A stretch of 46,716 bases of DNA from Verrucomicrobiales bacterium. GTDB lineage: Bacteria > Verrucomicrobiota > Verrucomicrobiia > Limisphaerales > JAYPXF01. The stretch covers positions 167,747 through 214,462 of the forward strand of contig JAYPXF010000001.1 in assembly GCA_038154405.1 (NCBI GenBank). Direction: 5' to 3'. Position numbers and translations under genes: made by a program. This document shows, in pieces, positions 40,547 through 46,716 of the stretch. Under the pieces are notes generated by a model. It saw only the letters and a program-made list of their open reading frames with translations, did no database searches and was not told where the DNA came from. The stretch's first letter is position 1. Each line of letters begins with the position of its first letter.

Positions 40547-43225
40547 ATGGCGGAGCGGATGTTGTCCGCGCTGGCGGTTTTGGTTTACGACCGGCCGCGG
40601 CTGTTTTTCGACCCACAGATCCTGCTGTTTCTCGCGTGCATCTGCTACACGCCCTACAAGTTGGAATTCTCCACGAGCCGCAATGACCTCGTTGGATCGG
40701 AGAAGCGTTATCACCAGAACTTTCTGAAATTCCGCGAGGAGTTTCCGGTAGAGGATGACCTGGTGATCATTGCCGAGAGCAACGATCACGAGAAGAACCG
40801 GCAGTTCATCGAGCGCGTCGGCGCCAAGCTGGAGGCGGAGACGAATCTCTTTGCGAATGCGTTTTACAAAGGCGACCTCAACATGCTGGGCGACAAGGCC
40901 CTGTTGTTCTTGGAGGCGGACGACCTCAAGGCCTTGCACGAACAGCTGCAGGAGTTTGAACCTTTCGTTTCCAAGTTCGCGAACGCGACCAACTTCATTT
41001 CCATCTTCCAGCTCATCAACACCGAGTTTCGCCTGGCGGAAGACAAGTCGGAGCAGGAAATCGATCAGCTCATCGGGTCATTGCCCGCGCTCAACCGGAT
41101 TGTCGAGCAGGCCAACGATGCGTTGATCCGTCGCGGCCGTCCGCCTTCCCCGGGCATCACGGCGCTGTTTGGCGGAGCCGAGGCGCAGAACGCACTCTAC
41201 ATCACGTTCAACGAAGGCCGCGTCTACCTGGCGACCGTGCAGTCCGCACACGAGGATGTGGAGAAGGCCGCAGTTAAACGCCTAAACGAGATTGTCGCCG
41301 AGGTGAAGGAAGAAGTACCCGGATTGAGCGTGGGGGTGACGGGCGAACTGATTCTGGAACTTGCCGAAATGGATCAGTCGCAGAAGGACACCATCAAGGC
41401 GTCCCTCATTGCGTTCACTTTGGTGGGATTGATCTTTGTCTACGGCTATCAGGAGACGGGACGGCCGATCAAGGCGTCCGCCTGCCTGCTCGTGGGGCTG
41501 GGTTACACGATGGGCTACACGACCCTGGTGATCGGGCATCTGAACATCCTCACCATCACCTTCGCGCCGATGTTGATCGGGCTCGCGATTGATTTCGGCG
41601 TGCATCTGGTCACGCGCTACGAGGAGGAATTGCGCATGGGCCGCGATGAACGGGACGCCATCCGCATCGCCCTGGTCAACACCGGGCAGGGAATCTTCAC
41701 CGGTGCCCTCACCACGGCCGCTGCGTTCTTCGCGATGGCGATCACGGAATTCGACGGAATCCAGGAGATGGGGTTGATCGCCGGTGGCGGGCTGTTGCTG
41801 GCCTTGGTCCCGATGATGACGCTGTTGCCGATCCTGCTCATTCGCGGCAAGCAGAACATTATCGATCATGAGCAGGCCGAAGCGGGACAAGCGCGACGCT
41901 CACGCATCGAACAGGTCTGGTTGAGCCGACCGCGCGGGATCTCGGTTGCGACCATCACGCTTTGCGTCCTGGCGATCTGGCAGACTTCTGGTGGCCGCGT
42001 TTATTTCGACTACAATCTGCTCAACATGCAGTCTGACGGTCTGCAGGCCGTTGTGTACGAACGCAAACTGATCGATTCCGCCGGCAACTCGGTGCTCTAT
42101 GCGGCGCTGGTCGCGAATTCGGTGGAACATGCCAACGAACTCGAAGCCGAGGCACGCAAGCTGGATACGGTTGCGGATGTGAAGTCGATGGCGAAGTACT
42201 TTGCCGACGATCCATCGGATCGACTGGCCCGGATTGCGGAAGTCCGTGATTTGGCAGGATCCATCCGATTTGGCGCCATCGATGAGCGTCCCGTGCGCAC
42301 TGCCGAGGTGAGTCAGGTGCTCTATTCGTTTCAGGGCTACCTCGGAGCCGCCTCGCGAGCCGTGCAGAACCGGGAAGGAGACAGTAATCTGTATTTCCAG
42401 ATCCGATCACTCTGGGACGCTGTAAGGGACTTGCGAAAGTCGTTGAACGCCGGTGATCCCAAGCACGTCGCCACGCAGGTTGCATTCTTTCAACATGCTT
42501 TCTTGGATGATCTGCGGAAGACGTTCGGCAACCTCGCGGCGCAGAAGGCGGATGGGGCGATCACGCCGGATGATCTGGCTCCGTCACTACGTGCGCGCTT
42601 CGTAGGTATCAGCGGCAAGCACCTGGTGCAGGTCTATCCCAAGGAAGATGTGTGGCAGAAGAAACACCAGGAAGCCTTCGTCGGTGAATTGCGGACGATT
42701 GATCCTGACGTCACCGGAACACCGGTGCAGATGCTGGAGTACACCACCCTGTTGAAGGACAGTTACATCGAGGCGGCGTATTACGCGTTGGGCGCCACGG
42801 CGCTCATGGTGGGTTTCCATTTCCGATCACTCGTTTGCATGCTCCTGGCGTTGCTGCCGGTGGGAATCGGCACCATCTGGCTGGTTGGACTCATGGGATT
42901 CCTGGGTATTCCGTTCAATCCGGCGAACATCATGACTTTGCCATTGGTTGCGGGAATAGGGGTGACCAGCGGGATTCATATCTTGAATCGGTTCAGTGAA
43001 GAAAAGACGCCGTCGCTGCTGTCCAAAAGCACGGGCAAAGGCGTGCTCGTGTCGGGATTGACGACCATCGCCGGGTTCGGCAGTTTGTCCGTCGCCGATC
43101 ATCAGGGCATCGAAAGTCTGGGTTACGTGATGTCGATCGGAACCCTCACTTGCATGGTGGCGGCGCTGACGTTTTTACCGGCGGTAATCACCCTGTTGAT
43201 GAAAGTCGGGTGGACAAAAAAATAA
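40547..43225 (+). CDS. RND-superfamily MMPL/HpnN-like lipid exporter (two sterol-sensing-type membrane halves)
   Basis: From ATG 40547 (MAERMLSALAVLVYDRPRLFF). Each half has a 5-6 TM bundle: ASLIAFTLVGLIFVYGY..ITFAPMLIGLAIDFGVHLVTRYEEE, and ALMVGFHFRS..MTLPLVAGIGVTSGIHILNRFSEE. Each bundle is preceded by a large soluble domain. ~892 aa, matching HpnN-type proteins. Confidence 0.85.
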   Translation: MAERMLSALAVLVYDRPRLFFDPQILLFLACICYTPYKLEFSTSRNDLVGSEKRYHQNFLKFREEFPVEDDLVIIAESNDHEKNRQFIERVGAKLEAETNLFANAFYKGDLNMLGDKALLFLEADDLKALHEQLQEFEPFVSKFANATNFISIFQLINTEFRLAEDKSEQEIDQLIGSLPALNRIVEQANDALIRRGRPPSPGITALFGGAEAQNALYITFNEGRVYLATVQSAHEDVEKAAVKRLNEIVAEVKEEVPGLSVGVTGELILELAEMDQSQKDTIKASLIAFTLVGLIFVYGYQETGRPIKASACLLVGLGYTMGYTTLVIGHLNILTITFAPMLIGLAIDFGVHLVTRYEEELRMGRDERDAIRIALVNTGQGIFTGALTTAAAFFAMAITEFDGIQEMGLIAGGGLLLALVPMMTLLPILLIRGKQNIIDHEQAEAGQARRSRIEQVWLSRPRGISVATITLCVLAIWQTSGGRVYFDYNLLNMQSDGLQAVVYERKLIDSAGNSVLYAALVANSVEHANELEAEARKLDTVADVKSMAKYFADDPSDRLARIAEVRDLAGSIRFGAIDERPVRTAEVSQVLYSFQGYLGAASRAVQNREGDSNLYFQIRSLWDAVRDLRKSLNAGDPKHVATQVAFFQHAFLDDLRKTFGNLAAQKADGAITPDDLAPSLRARFVGISGKHLVQVYPKEDVWQKKHQEAFVGELRTIDPDVTGTPVQMLEYTTLLKDSYIEAAYYALGATALMVGFHFRSLVCMLLALLPVGIGTIWLVGLMGFLGIPFNPANIMTLPLVAGIGVTSGIHILNRFSEEKTPSLLSKSTGKGVLVSGLTTIAGFGSLSVADHQGIESLGYVMSIGTLTCMVAALTFLPAVITLLMKVGWTKK

Positions 43226-43258
43226 CCCAGCGACGTTAATGCACCCTACGTCGCTGGG
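43226..43258 (+). terminator. Hairpin immediately after the RND gene stop (possible terminator/attenuator, no T-tract)
   Basis: cccagcgacgt (43226-43236), an 11-nt loop, then acgtcgctggg (43248-43258): an 11-bp perfect stem starting 1 nt after TAA. Confidence 0.45.
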
Positions 43259-43473
43259 CTGTGAGGAACCGAGGCCAACTAAAACCTCAATCAACTGATA
43301 TAAAAAGATAGGACCGGGTTACGAAAAGTCAATGTACGAATGAACAGAATACGTGGTTAACTGTATGGCCTTGGATTTAAATAACGTTAAAGTTTGTGCT
43401 TTACTCGTATTAATCGGAGTAAAGGAACGGTTTATCTCATACGGCTTCAGTCGACACGGTTGATACCGTAGAA
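43259..43473 (+). promoter_or_regulatory. AT-rich gap upstream of the orphan-repeat/mla operon (candidate promoter/leader)
   Basis: I counted 68 G+C in the 180 nt 43261-43440 (~38%), well below the surrounding coding DNA. It contains the taacgtta palindrome (43383-43390) and the hairpin tttactc-gtattaatcg-gagtaaa (~43400-43423). No convincing -35/-10 pair could be assigned by eye. Confidence 0.4.
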
Positions 43474-45048
43474 ATGTTGTCCAAACGGCAAAAAAACAGC
43501 TTTATCTGGGTTTTTTTCACCTTGGTTTGTGGATTTTTGAATGGGGTCCGCCCATCGAGGTGCCATGCCGAGCCTGCTTTTCAGGCCGGGCCGTTGGTTC
43601 ATGACTTCGAGGCGACGCTCACCGGCGGGAGCCGGCGCGAAGTCGTGGGTCCGTTTTACTTCCGTGAACAGCTTGGATCCAAGGAGACTTGGGCGTTTCC
43701 CCCTTTCCTGTCGCGCACGGTTGACACAGAGCTGGATTACACCGAAGTGGATGTGCTCTACCCGCTACTGACTTATGATCGTTTTGGAAAGGAGAGTCGG
43801 ATCCAGCTGATGCAGGCGTTGAGCCTGTCCGATTCCGGTGAACAGGATGATTCCGTTACGCGAAAGCTCTCGATCTTTCCGTTCTACTTCCAACAACGCT
43901 CAACGAATGCGGCGAAGAACTACACGGCGCTCTTTCCCATCTACGGCACGATGAAGAACCGGATGCTGCGCGATGAGGTCAGTTTCGTGATGTTCCCGGC
44001 GTATGGAATGTCGCGCAGACGTGATGTCGTGACGCACAACTACCTGTATCCCTTCTTTCACCTGCGCGAAGGCAATCATCTCAAGGGCTGGCAGCTATGG
44101 CCGGTGGTCGGACGCGAAGTGAAGAAACCTCACACGATCACCAATGACTACGGGTTGGAAGAAATGGTGCCGGGCCATCGGAGGGACTTTTTCCTGTCGC
44201 CGTCCTTCCTGCGCAACCATCTGGACATCGGTACGACGAACGAGATCCGCGAGACGGCGGTGTTACCCTTGTTCAGTTTGTCGCGTTCACCCGCGAGGGA
44301 CTCTTCGGTGTTTGCGTGGCCGTTTCTGAAATACACCCACGACAAGGCGAATCGTTATCGCGAATGGGGATTCCCCTGGCCGCTCTGGCTCGTCGCGCGC
44401 GGTGAAGGCAAACACATGACCCGTTTCTGGCCGCTCTTCAGCCAAGGTCGCAAAGGCACACGTGAGGGCAGCCGACTGGAGGGCGAATTCTACGCCTGGC
44501 CAATCTGGAGTGAGAAGCGCGCCTACGACACGTCGCTGGAGCGACGTCGTAGTCGGATCCTGTATTTTCTGTTTTCGGACATCTTGGAACGCAATCCGGA
44601 AACCGGAAAGGACCGCCGCCGCAGGGATCTTTGGCCGTTGTTCACCTACCGCAAGGAACTTGACGGGCGCGAACGTCTGCAGGCGCTTTCGCTCCTCGCG
44701 CCATTGCTGCCAAACAACAAGAGCGTGGAAAGAAACTGGTCGCCGCTCTGGGCGTTCTGGCGCACCGAAAAGAATCCGAAGACCAACTCCCGCAGCGACT
44801 CATTGATGTGGAATCTCTGGCGTCGCGACATCTCTCCGGGACAACGGAAGAACTCGTATTTATTTGGCCTGTTGCGGTCCACAAAAACTGATGACGGGAC
44901 CGATTGGACATGGTTCCATTTCCTCCGCGATCGAGCCGACGATGCTGCGAAAGCCAGCTCCGCTGAGCGTGAAAACGTCCGCCTGCCCAAGCCGCAGATC
45001 GGTCCGATCTCGATTCGGCCGGTCACCGCACTGAATTTCAATGACTGA
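43474..45048 (+). CDS. Secreted hypothetical protein built of ~20-residue aromatic-Pro repeats (no recognisable family)
   Basis: 524 aa. Sec signal MLSKRQKNSFIWVFFTLVCGFLNGVRPSRCHA/EP. The recurring motifs are listed in the finding at 43474-45048. GC3-rich codon usage resembles the neighbouring genes, and it ends 8 nt before mlaE. Confidence 0.75.
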   Translation: MLSKRQKNSFIWVFFTLVCGFLNGVRPSRCHAEPAFQAGPLVHDFEATLTGGSRREVVGPFYFREQLGSKETWAFPPFLSRTVDTELDYTEVDVLYPLLTYDRFGKESRIQLMQALSLSDSGEQDDSVTRKLSIFPFYFQQRSTNAAKNYTALFPIYGTMKNRMLRDEVSFVMFPAYGMSRRRDVVTHNYLYPFFHLREGNHLKGWQLWPVVGREVKKPHTITNDYGLEEMVPGHRRDFFLSPSFLRNHLDIGTTNEIRETAVLPLFSLSRSPARDSSVFAWPFLKYTHDKANRYREWGFPWPLWLVARGEGKHMTRFWPLFSQGRKGTREGSRLEGEFYAWPIWSEKRAYDTSLERRRSRILYFLFSDILERNPETGKDRRRRDLWPLFTYRKELDGRERLQALSLLAPLLPNNKSVERNWSPLWAFWRTEKNPKTNSRSDSLMWNLWRRDISPGQRKNSYLFGLLRSTKTDDGTDWTWFHFLRDRADDAAKASSAERENVRLPKPQIGPISIRPVTALNFND

Positions 45049-45056
45049 CTGATCAG

Positions 45057-45803
45057 ATGTTTAGTGACATTGGCAAAATGACGGTCTTGGCGTGGCGCAC
45101 AATCTGTGCGTTGCCGCTCACCTTTCGTCATCTGCGGAAAGTGCTCGAGCAGCTGTATGAGATCGGCAACGCCAGCCTGTTGATGGCCTGCATCCTGTCG
45201 ATGTTCATCGGCGGTGTGCTCGCACTGCAGACGGGACCGGTTATGGTCGAGCGCGGCTTGGCCAGCGTTGTCGGCGCGGTGGTCGGCCTGTCTGTCTGCA
45301 AGGAATTGGCGCCGGTCATGATGTCCGTATTGATCGCCGGACGCATTGGTTCCGCCATGGCGGCCGAGATCGGATCCATGGCCGTTTATCAGGAGATAGA
45401 CGCGTTGCGCACGATGAACATCAACCCCGTACATTACCTCGTCTTTCCGCGCGTCATTGCCATTACCATTGCCCTGCCTTGCCTCGTGCTGTTCGCTGAT
45501 CTCATCGGTTGGATGGGCGGTGCCCTGGTATCCGCCTCCAATCCGGAGATCGCCATTCCGTGGCAGGCCTACTTCACCAATCTGGCATCAGTCGTCGACA
45601 CCGGTGACGTGGTCAATGGACTGATCAAGAGCGGACTCTTTGCGATGATCATCGGACTGGTGTCCTGTCACCAGGGGCTGGCGACGATCGGTGGTCCCCG
45701 CGGCATTGGTCGCTCCGTCACCAAGGCAGTCGTCAACTCGATCGTGCTCATCCTCATCACCGACTATTTCATCACGCGGCTGTTGCTGCGCCTGGACCTC
45801 TGA
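45057..45803 (+). CDS. mlaE: MlaE-family ABC transporter permease
   Basis: 248 aa. Motifs: QLYEIGNASLLMACILSMFIGGVLALQTG, CKELAPVMMSVLIAGRIGSAMAAEIGSMAVYQEIDALRTMNINPVHYLVFPR and GGPRGIGRSVTKAVV are typical MlaE/Ttg2B motifs. Confidence 0.85.
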   Translation: MFSDIGKMTVLAWRTICALPLTFRHLRKVLEQLYEIGNASLLMACILSMFIGGVLALQTGPVMVERGLASVVGAVVGLSVCKELAPVMMSVLIAGRIGSAMAAEIGSMAVYQEIDALRTMNINPVHYLVFPRVIAITIALPCLVLFADLIGWMGGALVSASNPEIAIPWQAYFTNLASVVDTGDVVNGLIKSGLFAMIIGLVSCHQGLATIGGPRGIGRSVTKAVVNSIVLILITDYFITRLLLRLDL

Positions 45804-45806
45804 GAC

Positions 45807-46598
45807 ATGACGGACGATTGCATAACCGAGAACGGCAAGGCCTGCGTTTCCGTGCACGGCGTGCGCAAGAACTTCGGTGACCACGAGGTGCTCAAAGGGA
45901 TCGATTTCGATGTCCGCTGCGGTGAGATCTTTGTGATTATGGGGCCCAGCGGCAGCGGCAAAAGCGTGTTGCTCAAGCACCTGATCGGTTTGGAACAACC
46001 CTCATCTGGTGAGGTTCGGATCGACGGTCACACGATCGATTCCCCCGAACTGTTGAGCAAGTACCGCATCGCCATGGTGTTTCAATCCGGCGCGTTGTTG
46101 AGTTCGTTGAGCGTTTCGCAGAACGTCGGCCTTTACCTGCGCGAGCACCGGCTCAAGCCCAGTGATGAAATCGACCACATCGTACGGGAAAAACTGAAGA
46201 TCGTCGGGCTCGAAGGCGCGGAGGACAAGATGCCGACCGAACTCTCCGGCGGCATGAAGAAGCGCGTGGCCATCGCGCGCGCCCTGGTCATGGAGCCGCA
46301 GTTGATTCTGTACGATGAGCCGACCAGTGAACTCGATCCGTTGATCTCCATCACCATCGGGCAGGAGATCATGAAGATGCGGGAAGAGACCGGCGCCACG
46401 TCCATCGTGGTTACGCATGATCGCGGTCTCGGCTTTGGCATCGCCGACCGCATGGCGATCATTCGGCACGGGGAGATCCTCGCTCTCGGCACACCGATGC
46501 AGGTGCGCAACAGCGGGAACCAAGAGGTGCAAACCTTCCTCAATGCCAGTTTTCAACGTCAACCGTCAGAAGAAGAAAAAGAGACCGAAGAATCATGA
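45807..46598 (+). CDS. mlaF: MlaF-like ABC transporter ATP-binding protein
   Basis: 263 aa. Walker A GPSGSGKS, Q-loop MVFQSGAL, signature LSGGMKKRVAIARAL, Walker B LILYDEPTSELDP and H-loop VTHD. Confidence 0.9.
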   Translation: MTDDCITENGKACVSVHGVRKNFGDHEVLKGIDFDVRCGEIFVIMGPSGSGKSVLLKHLIGLEQPSSGEVRIDGHTIDSPELLSKYRIAMVFQSGALLSSLSVSQNVGLYLREHRLKPSDEIDHIVREKLKIVGLEGAEDKMPTELSGGMKKRVAIARALVMEPQLILYDEPTSELDPLISITIGQEIMKMREETGATSIVVTHDRGLGFGIADRMAIIRHGEILALGTPMQVRNSGNQEVQTFLNASFQRQPSEEEKETEES

Positions 46599-46716
46599 AA
46601 GGATCATTGGAAACCAAACTCGGCGTGTTCTTCGCGCTGGCCGCCCTTGCCGCGGTGATGCTGATCGAACTGTCCGGTGGTATGGACGCGTTCAAGAAGG
46701 GCTACCAACTCTACGG
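46595..46716 (+). CDS. mlaD: Partial CDS (5' end): MlaD/MCE-domain substrate-binding protein
   Basis: ATG 46595 overlaps the mlaF stop (ATGA). MKGSLETKLGVFFALAALAAVMLIELSGGMDAFKKGYQLY has the ETKxG + TM anchor start typical of MlaD. It is truncated by the window end, so only 40 codons are visible. Confidence 0.6.
   Translation, partial: MKGSLETKLGVFFALAALAAVMLIELSGGMDAFKKGYQLY

Noticed and set aside
43340-43400. Sigma-54-type (-24 GG / -12 GC) promoter at tggccttggattt in the AT-rich gap
   Set aside because: The -12 TTGC element is missing at the required spacing, and no enhancer-binding protein gene is nearby.
820-46562. Numerous long ORFs antisense to, or overlapping, the called genes. 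Examples: 820..1779-, 1641..2780-, 4032..4778-, 10852..11865+, 11804..12769-, 14753..15628-, 18657..20243+, 26014..26700-, 27753..28553+, 31341..32066-, 32680..33390-, 36524..37390+, 39620..40333-, 44646..45434-, 46002..46562-
   Set aside because: High G+C suppresses stop codons in non-coding frames. These translations are Arg/Gly/His/Asp-rich and motif-free, and each is fully overlapped by a gene with clear family signatures.
1-46716. Prophage, genomic island, toxin-antitoxin or defence-system content
   Set aside because: I found no integrase, transposase, recombinase, phage structural gene, restriction-modification gene, or nuclease/ATPase/helicase gene typical of defence systems. No tRNA attachment site or flanking direct repeats were found.

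Overview
GC-rich chromosomal window whose gene content points to the PVC superphylum (Verrucomicrobiota/Planctomycetota-like). It holds two DUF1549/DUF1553 (PSCyt2/PSD1) + DUF1501 pairs, a third planctomycete-cytochrome-domain gene cut by the window start, three S1 sulfatases and several Tat/Sec-exported enzymes. About 40 protein genes are supportable.

Gene blocks, in order:
- alpha/beta hydrolase + aminotransferase
- a frameshifted SRPBCC gene
- a DCC thiol-disulfide oxidoreductase overlapping a sulfatase
- mirrored PSCyt/DUF1501 pairs around a second sulfatase
- MYG1-like hydrolase and a DUF1080 lectin-like protein
- two tandem MacB/FtsX-type permeases
- a divergent oxyR / di-haem cytochrome c peroxidase pair
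- Gfo/Idh/MocA oxidoreductase, a LysM gene, PolX and a truncated tam
- a nonsense-disrupted PEP-hydrolase-family gene
- a sulfatase + aldolase + enolase-superfamily dehydratase + Na+/solute symporter + lactonase cluster
- a 1058-aa permease/FG-GAP/ASPIC fusion
- SMR efflux, YbjQ and YebC
- a co-directional envelope-lipid array: HpnN-like RND/MMPL exporter, an orphan repeat protein, MlaE, MlaF and MlaD (partial)

I found no rRNA, tRNA, CRISPR array, integrase/transposase or recognisable defence system.

Things not explained by ordinary annotation:
1. A signal-peptide-bearing 524-aa protein made of ~20-residue aromatic-Pro repeats sits inside the RND/Mla array.
2. A UPF0718/ArsP-type permease is fused to a CRTAC1-like beta-propeller.
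3. A PolX has lost all three polymerase carboxylates but keeps most PHP-domain metal-ligand motifs.
4. Gene-inactivating lesions are locally concentrated at 24.3-28.5 kb (in-frame TAA, TGA and TAG stops, and a truncated tam), with a homopolymer frameshift at 3.48 kb.
5. A sulfatase with a non-canonical C-T-V-S-R / D-N active site is translationally coupled to a DxxCxxC oxidoreductase.
6. At least two families of intergenic palindromic repeats occur, together with a 712-bp gene-free convergent gap.

All functional calls come from reading the translations and recalling family motifs. No database search was possible.
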